Made by a program: the position numbers and the translations under genes. A stretch of 63,508 bases of DNA, counting the filler, from Octopus bimaculoides (Eukaryota), in assembly GCF_001194135.2 (NCBI RefSeq). It is 5 parts of 5 records of this genome, joined end to end, with 100 filler letters (N's around TTAATTAATTAA, not from the genome) between each part and the next. Parts side by side here need not be neighbours in the genome. Positions count along the whole stretch, not along the records: positions 18,371 to 40,732 come from NC_069006.1; positions 40,833 to 52,445 come from NC_068999.1; 3 more parts are not named here. One strand, 5' to 3'. The notes under the pieces are model-generated. The model searched no databases. It was not told where the DNA came from and was given only the letters and a program-made list of their open reading frames with translations. Below are positions 39,095 to 50,714 of this stretch, one piece after another; the stretch's first letter is position 1, and the number at the start of each line of letters is the position of its first letter.

Positions 39095-39380
39095 GTGCTG
39101 GTTCCACATAAAAGGCACCCGTGCCAGTGCTATGTGAAAGGCACCCATGCTGGTGTCACATAAGAAGCACCCATGCCGGTGCCATACAATTGGCACCTGT
39201 CCCAGCACCACATAACAGGCTCCCATGCTGGTGCAACATAAAAGGCACCTGTGCTGGCGCCATGTAAGAAGCACTCGTGCCAGTGCCACCTATGGGGCAC
39301 TCGTGCTGGTGCCACCTATGGGGCACTCATGCTGGTGCCACATAAAATGCAACTGTGCCAGCATCACATGAAAAGAACCT
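39095..39380 (+). repeat. Eleven exact-period 26-bp tandem units inside a SINE (39060-39590)
   Basis: Consensus gtgctggtgccacataaaaggcaccc; units start at 39095, 39121, 39147 and so on to 39355. Confidence 0.95.
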
Positions 39381-39535
39381 AGTACACTTTGTAAAACGGT
39401 TGGCATTAGGAAGGGCATCCAGCCATAGAAACAATGCCACAAAAGACAAATGGAACCTCGTGCAGCTCTCCAGCAGGCCAGCTCCTATCAAACAGTCCAA
39501 CCCATGCCAGCATGGAAAATGGACATTAAAGGAGG

Positions 39536-39587
<52 letters not shown>

Positions 39588-39955
39588 CATTTCAGCATTT
39601 TTATTTACACTAGCAATTTCCATCATGTATATTTTCTGACAATACCTCCAATTAGAAAAGTCAAATATTCCATACATACAAGCCAAAATGCTGTAATTAT
39701 CAGCTACTATCATTATGTACAGCTCTGGTATTCTAGTGCTACGGCAATGTGATAAAAAGGCTTCAAGGTTAGATAAGTTAACAATGAACAAAGGAAAAAC
39801 AAAAAAGAATCTAACTTGGTCACCAGATTGCTTTGTTTGCATTCTGTTTGTGAGAACCAGGATATGGCTTTGTAAATCTAGAGCTGCTCTGATGTCACAA
39901 GCACAAGCCATTGGGACCCTAATGCATCCATACTGACAGAGGAATCCCATCATAC

Positions 39956-39988
<33 letters not shown>

Positions 39989-39989
39989 T

Positions 39990-40360
39990 ATTCATTCTTT
40001 TACTCTCTTTGGTCATTTGCCTGCAGCCATGATTTAGTTGAGCAAATCGACTGCAGGACTTATTCTTTATAAGCCTAGTACTTATTCTATCAGTCTCTTT
40101 TGGCAAACTGCTAAGTTACAGGGACGCAAAGACACCAGGATCAGTTGGCAAGCAATATTGGGGGGGGGGAACAAACACAGACACACACACACATTCATAC
40201 GCATATATACAACAGGTTTCTTTCAGTTTCTGTCTTCCAAATCCACTCACAAGACTTTGGTTGGCCCGAGGATATAGAGGACACTTGCCCAAGGTGCCAT
40301 GCAGTGGGACTGAACCTGGAATCATGTAGTTGGTAAGCAAGCTACTTACATGGCCACTCC
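39990..40360 (-). mobile_element. CORE-like SINE
   Basis: Matches the 27925 copy end to end. Confidence 0.85.
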
Positions 40361-40394
40361 TGTATATATATATATAATCATGATGACACCTGTG

Positions 40395-40720
40395 CCCAGC
40401 GTCGCCTTCCTGGCACGTGTAAAGACATTCAAGCGAGATCGTTGCCAGTGCCGCTGGACTGGCTCCTGTGCAGGTGGCATGTAAAATACACCATTTTGAG
40501 CGTGGTCGTTGCCAGTACCGTCTGACTGGCCCTCGTGCCGGTGGCATGTAAAATGCACCCACTACACACTCGGAGTGGTTGGCGTTAGGAAGGGCATCCA
40601 GCTGTAGAAACTGCCAAATCAGATTGGAGCCTGGTGTAGCCACCTGGTCCATCAGTCCTCAGTCAAATCGTCCAACCCATGCTAGCATAGAAAGCGGACG
40701 TTAAACGATGATTATGATGA
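40395..40720 (+). mobile_element. (GAT)n-tailed SINE, little diverged
   Basis: CpG-intact copy of the 19700/24425 family. Confidence 0.85.
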
Positions 40721-40732
40721 TATGTATATATA

Positions 40733-40832
40733 NNNNNNNNNNNNNNNNNNNNNNNNNNNNNNNNNNNNNNNNNNNNTTAATTAATTAANNNNNNNNNNNN
40801 NNNNNNNNNNNNNNNNNNNNNNNNNNNNNNNN
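40733..40832. other. Artificial scaffold-join spacer
   Basis: 44 N + TTAATTAATTAA (40777-40788) + 44 N. Confidence 0.97.
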
Positions 40833-40897
40833 ACCTTATCCATCTATTGTTTTCATAATCGGTCATAATGTCTTACGTTTAAGATGATTCCCATGCT

Positions 40898-40981
40898 TTC
40901 TCTGATGAGAAGGTTACAATTTTAATATCAAAGATCCCTATGGATCACACAGGTTGTAATCCTTTGAAACATATGTAGGAA
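40898..40981 (+). ncRNA. Hammerhead ribozyme motif (HHR5)
   Basis: TTCT CTGATGA GAAGG TTACAA...GATCC-ctat-GGATC...TTGTAA T CCTTT GAAAC ATAT GTA GGAA. Helix II 5+6 bp with one bulge; helix III palindrome ACATATGT; helix I TTCT/GGAA; AATAAA at 40980. Predicted cleavage between 40977 and 40978. Confidence 0.85.
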
Positions 40982-41029
40982 TAAAGTATGCAATTATAAC
41001 ATGCGTTTTCTCCAATCCTTAAATTCTTA

Positions 41030-41071
<42 letters not shown>

Positions 41072-42045
41072 AGGTACACAATCCTTTATCCAGAACCCTT
41101 GGGGACAGTTGTGTTCTGAATTTCGGATTTCTTCGGATTTTAGAACAAAAGCCAGCTGCCCCAGACTGTAAACTAGACATCAAAGCAGACATCCTACAAA
41201 GGTAGCAAAAGCACATGTATACGTGCTCACAACCAGTAGGAAAAATAAAGATTACAAATATTATTATAGTTTATTTATTGGGTAACTATACTGTTAAATG
41301 AAATAAAGGAAATAAAGTAAATAAAGATGACAAATAACAAAATACATAAAATTAGATAATTTAAAACAAAAATATACGATCCATAAGTGCAAGTATACAC
41401 ATTACCATAATATTTTTGCAGAGTGGCGATAAATATTCGCACTAATTTGGATAAACAAAGACTACAAATGGTATCACTGCTTATTTATATGCCAGAGCCA
41501 TGAAGTAGTTCAAACTAGGCTAAATATGTAGCTGCAGTTAAGATGTAGAACAGGGTCGGCTGGTGTCACCAATGTCGTCGTCAGTTTGCAGGCAAATTTC
41601 CGATCATGTGTTAAATACGGGATTCTCAAGTGATGAAATAGCACTAAGAGAGAGGGCATTTTGAAAGACTTCTTCAAGTGTCATCTGTCTCATTAACATA
41701 GGTTTCTGTTTAAGCAATGTCTCTTTAATTGTATAAACTCCCATAATCTGTTGATCTCTGATAAATGCAGGTTGTTCAATGCCAGCAGTTAATTGATCAC
41801 AAATTTTCGCCATATTTTTTCATCTGCGTTCTTTTTGTCGTCATCACTACTGTCATCTTTCTTATCCGTATTTAACACCATTTCTGCAATTTCCCCATCA
41901 CTCAAGGAATACACAAGTGCAACATTGTCAATTCTTCATTGTCATTTCTTCAATGTCCGCTTCTTCTAGATCACTTCTACGCGATAAGCTTTCCGCATAA
42001 GTTACGAGTTTTGATATTATCTTCTTGTCATTAGTGACACGAAAT
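41072..42045 (-). mobile_element. Tigger/pogo (Tigger4-like) transposon 3' remnant
   Basis: IDNVALVYSLSDGEIAEMVLN and KICDQLTAGIEQPAFIRDQQIMGVYTIKETLLKQKPMLMRQMTLEEVF; terminal ...atcctttatcc...tttcggatttcttcggatttt resembles the Tigger4/MER46 end. Confidence 0.75.
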
Positions 42046-42054
42046 CCAAGGTTC

Positions 42055-42110
<56 letters not shown>

Positions 42111-42799
42111 GAGTTATACTTGTTTGGCAAGTAACTCAATCTGAGACCGAGTATCGTAACTGAAACAATAAAACAGTTACATAACGGAATGACCACATTA
42201 ATCACATAAAAACACACAATAAGTTTTCAGTTTGTTTCATACCAATACAACTTGTTGAGAAAGTTTTATCGTACTTCTGCAACCTGACCAGAGACACAAT
42301 TTCATCGTAAGATACTCTAGCGCTGAATTCGTGAACATGTGTGATCGTACATTTTGTCCTATCATTTGATAGAAGAGTGGTGAGGTATATGATACTTTGT
42401 CATACAAGGTAACACTCGTTTGTTCGTCAGTATATGTTAAGTTTTCATTACAGTGCTTACAGTTTCTTCGTCAAATTTAATCCATTGAAATAAGATGAGG
42501 TGTTAAATCATTGTTACAATGAAGTATTCATATGTAAACAGCATCGGAGATACAGAAACTACGCATACACAGAAGGGTTACTCATATCGGAAGGATTTAC
42601 ACATACGTACATTGGAGTTAGACATACACACAACAATTATGTATGAAATAGTTCTTGACACTGCACACAATTTATGTAGAGCACAATCAGTATAATAGTA
42701 AACACAAAACCAAACCAAAATACTGCACATATCTATGGCACAGAGATTTATGCTCAGTTTGAGTAGTGAAAGCATACAATAAAGTTATGACTACAGAAA

Positions 42800-42967
<168 letters not shown>

Positions 42968-44035
42968 GAAGAAGAGCACTCAGAGGGAGCAAACCTCAGC
43001 CAAGGTAACACCAACGTCCTCTCAACGATTAGCCGGAGATGGGTTTTAAAATGAGAATATCTGAAATAAACTCGACTGCTCTCACAAACAAGAATACTAA
43101 AAATGAACCCGACCGCTCTCAAAAATTAAGTAAAAAAAAACAGGAAAAATAATCTAGAATCCTTGTCCGGTACCTGATTGATAGCAATGGTTGTCATGGA
43201 ATGTGAAAGTGGTGTGCGGGCTGTGTTTGTAATGCTGTGTGTGTCGTCTGCAGTAGGAACAGGGACAGTTTTCCCTATGTAGGCCTTTTTTAGTCTATCC
43301 ACTGATATAGTGTCTTTACGACCATTAAGGTCTATGGTGAAAACTTTATCCGTGCGTGAAAGAAAACGGAAAGGACCTGCATAGGGTGCTGTTAACGGAG
43401 GTTTAACAGCGTCATTGCGCACAAAAACGTGAGTCCAAGAAGTAAAGCTTCCTTCAAGGCATAGCTAGAAATACAATTGTCAAATAGGTAAGAGGTTATA
43501 AACAGGAGCGATATATTCAAAATTGGTAAAACTAAAAATTGTTGAGGATAAATCAAATATATTATTATTACTGAATATGTTAGTGTTATTTAATTTCTGA
43601 ACGTTTTGCTACCGTTTGTTTATGTAGTTTGATTCCTTTATTTATCAGTTTCTACTAAGATAGAGATGTGAGTAAAATTAATAATAGGGAAACGAAAATA
43701 AAACTTTGGAAACAAAAACGCCACCATAACTTACGTGGAAACCATGAGCGTGCTTTCAAGGAAGATAAACAGAGAAAGACTTGAAAGTGAATGTAAGATC
43801 GTAATACTTCATGTAAAGTAAAGTAAATATAACAAATAATCCAGAATCCTTGTCCCGTACCTGATCGATTCCAATTCCAAAATCTAATCAGTTCGTGCCA
43901 GTCACGAGGCAAAGCATCTCTGAAAGTTTCATCCGAATCCATCCAGCGGTTCTTGAAATATCTTGTCCGCGGACAAATAAACAAGCAAACACGACTGAAA
44001 ATAATATTTCCGCCTTTGCTAAGGGGGAGATGATA
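42968..44035 (+). mobile_element. Two partial copies of a Helentron/DINE-1-like non-autonomous repeat
   Basis: Shared 31-mer at 43148 and 43835; 3' part ttcatccgaatccatccagcggtt...acaaataaacaagc...tttccgcctt-tgct-aagggggaga resembles HINE ends. Family assignment is from recall. Confidence 0.35.
43180..43425 (-). mobile_element. Ty3/Gypsy integrase C-terminal (GPY/F) fragment
   Basis: RNDAVKPPLTAPYAGPFRFLSRTDKVFTIDLNGRKDTISVDRLKKA. Confidence 0.85.
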
Positions 44036-44049
44036 ATAATAAAAACAAC

Positions 44050-45775
44050 AACAACAACAACAATCAAAAGAGGTATCTTCTAGGGAGATTCTTGTTCACC
44101 ATTGTTATTTGTTATAGCCTTGATCCCACTTTTTGTAGTCCTACGCAAAATCAGCGCACACTATGAGCTGAGAAAGAATGGACCTCGTCTCAACCATGGA
44201 AGATTTAAAACTGTTCGCAAAAACAGAGCTTGAAATGGAGAGGCTGGTTGAGACTGTACAGATGCGCAGCAAGGATATAAGGATGGAATTCGGTATCTCA
44301 AAATGTGCGGTGCTCACTTTTAAACGGGGGAAAAGAGCAGATTGTAAGGGCGTAGAATTGCCAAACGGTGAGAAAATGGAAGACCCGGATGGTGATGGTT
44401 ATAAGTACCTTGGATCTTGGAGCTGGACAATATCCTGCACAGAGAAATGAAAGACAAGGTAGACATGGGCTGATTAGCGTACGGGAGTGCATCAACAGTG
44501 ATAGAAGAAACATGGAAGAGCATTTGGTAAATAAGAAACAAGACCTACTACCGCATGGTGATAATGCAGAAGGATTTACCAAAAATGGACTTGAGAGTGC
44601 TAATCAATTCCGATCACGAATAGCCAGCGAGAGAAAAGAAACTCTACTCCGCATGGAATTACATGGTCAGTTCCACCGTGAAACTAACAACTTAAAAGAT
44701 CAGGAAGCATCATGGAGGTGGCTCAGCAAGGGTGATCTGGAAAAGAAGAATGAAAGCCTCATTATCGCTGCCCATGATCAGACATTGAATACCAACTCAG
44801 TGAAAAGGGATATATACCACACAAGTGCAACGAACCTCTGCAGAATGTGTGGGAAGAGGGTCGAAAGCATGACTCACATTGTTAGTACTTGTGAAAGTCT
44901 TGCTCAGAAAGAGTACAAGCACAGACGGTACAAGTTAACGCAGAACCTTTGCTGGTTACTATGCCGGAAGTATGGATACGAGGTAACGGTGCTTGGTACC
45001 AACATACACCAGAAAAGGTAATGGACGAAAAAGGGAAAGCAAAATCCTCTGAGACTTTGACTTCCAGACAGTCAAGGTGCTAGAGCATCGAAGGCTGAAT
45101 ATATGACAGAGTTGGCCAATAACTACACTGGATAATGTGTTGGCATTATAAAATCAAAATTGCTGACAAATGGTACAAGCACAACTCTGAGGTTGTAACT
45201 GAGGGAAAAAAATGTAACTATTCTTTGGGACTTTCCAGTATGTACAGACTGGACCATCAAAGTAAATAAACCAGATATTGTTGTTGAAGACCAAAACAAT
45301 AAGGTCTGTTTATTGATTGACATGAGCATACCCTGTGACCATAATATCACGGCAAAAAAATTTGATAAGCTCAGAAAATATAAAGATTTGCTCATCGAAA
45401 TCGGAAAGATGTGGAATCTCCAGACGGTTGCAATACCAGTGATTGTAGGAGCACTTGGAATTATAAAAAAAAGAACTGAAAATTATTTAAGAATGATCTC
45501 TGGCTTACTATGCATGCAGGAAGTGCAAACGTTTGTATCAACTGGAACGTCACACGTATTGGGAAGAGCATTGTCGCTGTGAATTTTCTTCCCTCTTTAT
45601 TTTCTTTGCTTACTTTTTTATTTTTGATTTTTTTCTCTGTCTTTCTTCCCCCTTTTCTCTATCACATGACTTTGTAAATGGACAATTTGGTATGTTTATT
45701 TTAATGGCCTACCATTTCTCTGCCCTAGGTGTCAGGAAGACACTAGGCAAGAAATGGAAACAGAATTGAAAGATG
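44050..45775 (+). mobile_element. R4/Dong-like LINE, 5'-truncated: RT part, CCHC and restriction-like endonuclease, 3' UTR
   Basis: MEDLKLFA, GYKYLG, LHGQFHR, CRMCGKRVESMTHIVSTC, KPDIVV...LIDMSIPCD...EKY-like K.RKYKDL, IPVIVGALG; frameshifted. Confidence 0.9.
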
Positions 45776-45782
45776 ATAATGA

Positions 45783-45840
<58 letters not shown>

Positions 45841-45863
45841 AATAATAATAATAATAATAATAA

Positions 45864-45894
<31 letters not shown>

Positions 45895-46063
45895 CAGCAG
45901 CAGCTCCGGGCTAAATAAAAAACATGGACGTACACTAAGAAGCTCTCTCAACAAAACAAACTTAATCCAGTAACATCGGTACAATGGAAGGAAAACTTCG
46001 CGATACAAGAGTAGTAAAAGAGTTCTGTTAAATCAAAGGAGAAGAACAAGGAAACAGTGTCGT

Positions 46064-46113
46064 GTCAAAAAGTCAACCCTGAACAACTGTTTGTTCAGGG
46101 TTGACTTTTTGAC
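46064..46113. repeat. Perfect 23-bp inverted repeat with a 4-nt loop
   Basis: gtcaaaaagtcaaccctgaacaa-ctgt-ttgttcagggttgactttttgac. Confidence 0.95.
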
Positions 46114-46239
46114 CCGTCTCCTATTGTCACCCTCAATGCTTTACTTTCAATCCAAAACTCATGTCGGATTGGTCATCACCAAGGACAAGGACCGCGTTAC
46201 TCAGTGGGGAACCAGACTGGGGTTGAAAAGTCTGCTGCT

Positions 46240-47132
46240 GCTGCTTAAACAAACTCTAAGAAACCGAACTACCTGGTAATCAGAACCAGGATAACCCTAA
46301 CCCTAGACCTGTAATGACACCACAAAAAACACCACCTAAAGTAAAACGTATAAAATGGACAGGAGAGGATTATAGAGATGTGTTGAAAGCTTTCTCTAAT
46401 GCTCGACTAAACCCAAACAATAACCTCATTGTACAAACATACACTCGTGGAGAAACTTAGTAGGCAACAAAATACGCAGATATGTAGACGCAAATAAATT
46501 AAGTAATATACGTAGAGACACCATTATGAATAAAAGATTAACTGACGCTGAAATTAGCCAAATTAGGACACAAATATTACATGGTAGACCAAATGAAAAC
46601 AGCAACAATGCAGATGAAATAGCTAACAGATGCACAGAGCCCAGTGTACGAGCAGCACACCCCAACGAGGAAGCTGAAGAAAGAATAGTGAAGAACAGGG
46701 TTCAAAGTGCATCTATTTTATATGGACGATCTCAAGCTGTTTGCTAGAAATGGCGAAGAGTTAGTAAGGCTGGTAACAACTGTTAAAGAGTTCAGCAATG
46801 ATATCGGGATGGATTTTGGCCTTGATAAGTGTGCTAAAGTAACTTTTCTAAGGGGAAAGATCAAGAAAACAACTTCCATTAAATTAGACACCGACACCAC
46901 CATCAAGGAGCTTGACCCACAAGAAAGTTATAAATACCTGGGGATAAACGAAGGAGATGGTATGCAACATACTACTATGAAGGAAAGAATAAGAAAGGAG
47001 TATTACAGGAGAGTGAGACTCATACTAAAAGCTGAACTCAACTCCTAAAATCGCATCGAATCCATTAATTAGTATTTCCAGTAGTCCAATACAATTTTAA
47101 CATCATTAACTGGAATCTTACAGAGCTCCATT
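46240..47132 (+). mobile_element. R4/Dong-like LINE 5' part with internal deletion (N-terminus fused to RT)
   Basis: PKVKRIKWTGEDY... then HLFYMDDLKLFA...YKYLGI...KEYYRRVRLILKAELNS...INWNLTELH. Confidence 0.85.
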
Positions 47133-47134
47133 GG

Positions 47135-49511
47135 ATGATCTGTTGGAAGCTCGGAAATATTGTTAGTCTCATCGTAAGTTCGCATTCCACCGCAGAAGCG
47201 TAGCACAGACGTAGTTGTTCCAAGTATCGTCTCCATACTGGGCCATGCAGATGCTCTTAGTCGCTTACCATTTGGAAATGACAACAACTTCGACAAGGAG
47301 GAAAGTGGTGAAGACATGGACATGGTGTGCGCCATTATAGTTCTCAGTCTTCAAGTCAAACCTTTAGACGGAAACATCCTCCGTCAAGAGTTTGGGAAAC
47401 ATCCAGTGATAACTACAGTGATGCGCTATGTCCGCGAAGAGTGGCCACCAAAGCACACTGAGACATGATGAAGTTGAACAGTTCCGGAATTTGTTGGATT
47501 CATTCAGTATCTACCACAGATGCCTCATCCATGGATCAAGAGTTATGATTCCACAGAGCCTACAGTCCAGTATCCTAGATCTAATGCATATCGGACACCA
47601 CGGCATGGAAAGTATGAAACAATTAGCAAGAACCGCTGTCTACTGGCCCGGTATTGATGCAGCTATTGAAATGGCTAGTCGATGGTGTGATACGTGTGGC
47701 AAACATCAAAACAAACCATCCAAGCCTGTAGTTCAGCCATGGATGCTACCAGAGAAGCCAAGGAGCCACTTACATATGGATCATGCCATCAACTTCATGG
47801 GTACAAACTGGCTAATGATCACAGACGCCTTCTTACGGCAGTCCAAGAGCATTGTCTACAGAAATTCCTAGTGTTTGGGTAGCGTTTCGTTCCAGCAAGT
47901 TCATGTCAGGGATCTTGGTGACAATGTAAGGAACTGTGCCTTGCTTACCAGTCATTAGATCCTTGGTTTCAACCATGAAAGTTCCAGAACGGGCAGGTCA
48001 TGCTTGTCGGCAGACTCGAAGTGATGTCTGACATCATCCAGCTTCGGTTTTCCTCGTTGTTTTCAGAACAGCTAAGAAACGAAAATTCCAGTAGTTGCAG
48101 TGTCAAGTTCCATCATAAACTGTCGGTCCTGGATTGTGATTGGCACAACTAACTTAGAAGTATCGTCGGGAAATTCACTTAGGATTGCTTTGACAAGCTT
48201 TGCTTTTGTGATGATTCTCTTCACAGAAGGTTTGGAACGATGTTCCCATTGCTGTCGTTGCTTCTTACAGTTTCCAAATGTCCTTTCTTGTCCCAAAAGT
48301 TGCAGTTGACTTCTTTGTAGGGACAGTTTGTCACTTTATGGGCCTTTCCACATCTGTACCACTTCAACTCAGGGTTTATGGAATTAGACTACTGGTGGTT
48401 TATTCGTTGACCCTTGTTCTGGGTTTGCTTGACCTTGTTGACAGTTCTGGTCTTGGAATCGTAGACAGTTTTTTCGGTCTCAAATGCGACTTGGACAGCA
48501 CAGACAAAGTCCAACTCTGTGTCCTTGATCTTAAAAAGAGCCTTTAAGACAGCTTCATTGTTGACAGAACATATGAATCTCTGTCTAAGAGTTTCATCTT
48601 GAAGGTCTGTGACAGAAGGAAAGGTAGCAGCGTCTTGTCGTATACACGCTGCCAGTTCTTGGAGAGTTTCGCCTGGCTTCCGTTGCATGTCACTCCAGAA
48701 CTTGAAACGTTCCCGCACAGTGAAATGTTTTGGGTTAAATTGTTCTTTCATAAAGCTGGCAATTTTCTCCATTGTCAGCTCGTTAATATCCTTTGGTGGA
48801 TTCTGTTGACTAGTCAGATTCGCCAGTTGTTTATAAGACAATGGTTTGATTTGTCAAAACTATTAGATCCTTGCGCTTGTCAGGCACAGCGTTTGCCATA
48901 ATAAAGATGCAGAATCTTGACCAGTAATCAGGCCACAATTCAAGTGCTGAGTCAAAAGCAACAAATGGTGGGATAGCAATAGAAGTTGGAATACAGGAGC
49001 TTGGACTGGAATCTTTTTCAGAAATTTGAACTTTAATCAGTCTTCTCAAAGCTTCCATATCTTCTCTGTACTACTGCATCTGTACCTCTGAAGTTGAAGT
49101 TGTTGTGTGAGTAACTTTATCAGCTCACCGCTTTGTTTCGCCATTGGTATCAATGTAAAACTTGTTAAATTATTGCTTCATCTAAAATGAAGCTTATGTG
49201 CAAAACTGATTGTTTACTTTCAAATAATTATATCAGTGTCGAAGTAAAACGTCCACTCGGTAAGATTAGTCTTTCTTATCCTATCGTAAGAAGTCCACTT
49301 CACAAAAATGACGACAGTATCCTAACGGCGACGCCAATTTGTTATATTTCTCTAATTTACTTACAAAGAATAGAGTAATAATCCAGATAGGTGTGCTGTC
49401 TGTGGTTCAATATACTTCTCTCGTTTGCTCGCAAAGAAAACACAGTGGTACTCCAGATAGATGTAAAATCTGTTTATTTCAGCTGTAAAACTCAAGACTG
49501 TAATAATAACG
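47135..49511 (-). mobile_element. Rearranged Ty3/Gypsy element nested in the R4 copy
   Basis: Minus: LTR, PBS, Gag (RERFKF..QRKPGET...LRQRFIC), protease (MELDTAT...NLL.RN) down to about 47835. Plus 47245-47835: HADALSRLP and the integrase H2C2 (H..HHG..MK.LAR..VYWPGID...C..C). Minus 47135-47245: RRYLEQLR (integrase C-terminus). Confidence 0.88.
49326..49511 (-). promoter_or_regulatory. Gypsy 5' LTR (49340-49511) and primer-binding site (49326-49336)
   Basis: Minus strand ...ATAACA-aat-TGGCGTCGCCG; LTR ends TGTTAT / ATAAC(G); internal AATAAA. Confidence 0.6.
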
Positions 49512-50714
49512 TAAACCAAAAATCGAGACGCCATGTGAACGTTCTCACGAGTTCCATAACTTTGAATTCTATTGGCTAGCGATCTCCACAACAAGAGGAC
49601 TGGATGCTGCTGCTTGTGTTCAAACACGAAAGTAACAAAAACATCACATTCTGTTGTCAAGGAAGCTTGCAAATTCGCAAGGAACCTCGGCATTAACCCT
49701 GAATTAGACGAAGAACATGAAATCACTGCGACCAAGCAAGCAAAACGGATCAAACAGACTGAAAAAAGAACGGGCAGAAACAAATTGAGGTGCGGTGGAG
49801 CCAGAAGCCTCTGCATGGACAGTATATGCTTCGAAGACGAAATACTGATGTAGACCAAGCAACAACTAACTCATCAGTGGTTGAGAAGCTCAGGACTGAA
49901 AGCAGAGATTTAAGGTTTCATTTTAACGGCACAAGACCAAAGCTTGCTTACAATAAACTACGAAGCTAATGTTCTTCAAAACGGTTCTGACCCTAAATGC
50001 AGATTCTGCGATACAATAGACCATCTCGTCTCGGTAAGTCCTGTACTGACACCAAACGAATACAAAAATCGCCACGATAGAGTAGGACAGTATTTACATT
50101 GGAAAATGTGTAAATACTACAAAATCAACACTCTTGATTACTAGTATGGACGTCATCCTCAGCCAGTCGTTGAAGATAAAAATGTCATTATCTTCTGAGA
50201 TTTTCCAGCCAACACCGATAGAACGATCCAGGCTAATCGACCAGACATAGTCATTAAAGACGGGGAAGAAAATATTTGTAGATTAAAAGATGTAAGTGTT
50301 CTCACTGATAAAAATATGTCTGTAAAGGAATTTGACAAATTAAATAAATATAAGGACCTGGAAATTGAAATACAAAAGATGTGGTATCTTAAAGCGAGAA
50401 CTGTTCCTGTTATTGTGGGTGCCCTAGGTATGATAAGAAAGGGATGTCAAAAACATCTAGATAATATCCCAGGAGAACCATGTCTTAGAGAAATCCAAAA
50501 GATTGTACTGACAAGTACTGCCCACATCCTTAGAAAAACCCCATTAATTTAAATGTCTGAGTTGTATTACATGAAAATATTTCGCTAGTGTCTCTACTAC
50601 CTCCCATCCCCAAGCTTTCAGTCATAGTGTAATATCCCTTATCTTTCACTCGCCCTTGGACGCTGGGTGTGTCTCAGCAAGGGATTGTAACAAACATGCA
50701 GATTAAAAGTAATC

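Noticed and set aside
39095-39380. CRISPR-like array
   Set aside because: Eukaryotic context, contiguous units without unique spacers, no cas genes.
39327-40106. 259-aa minus-strand ORF as the missing CPTP exon
   Set aside because: Built from SINE and microsatellite sequence; the one phase-2 donor (39646) gives a peptide unlike CPTP.
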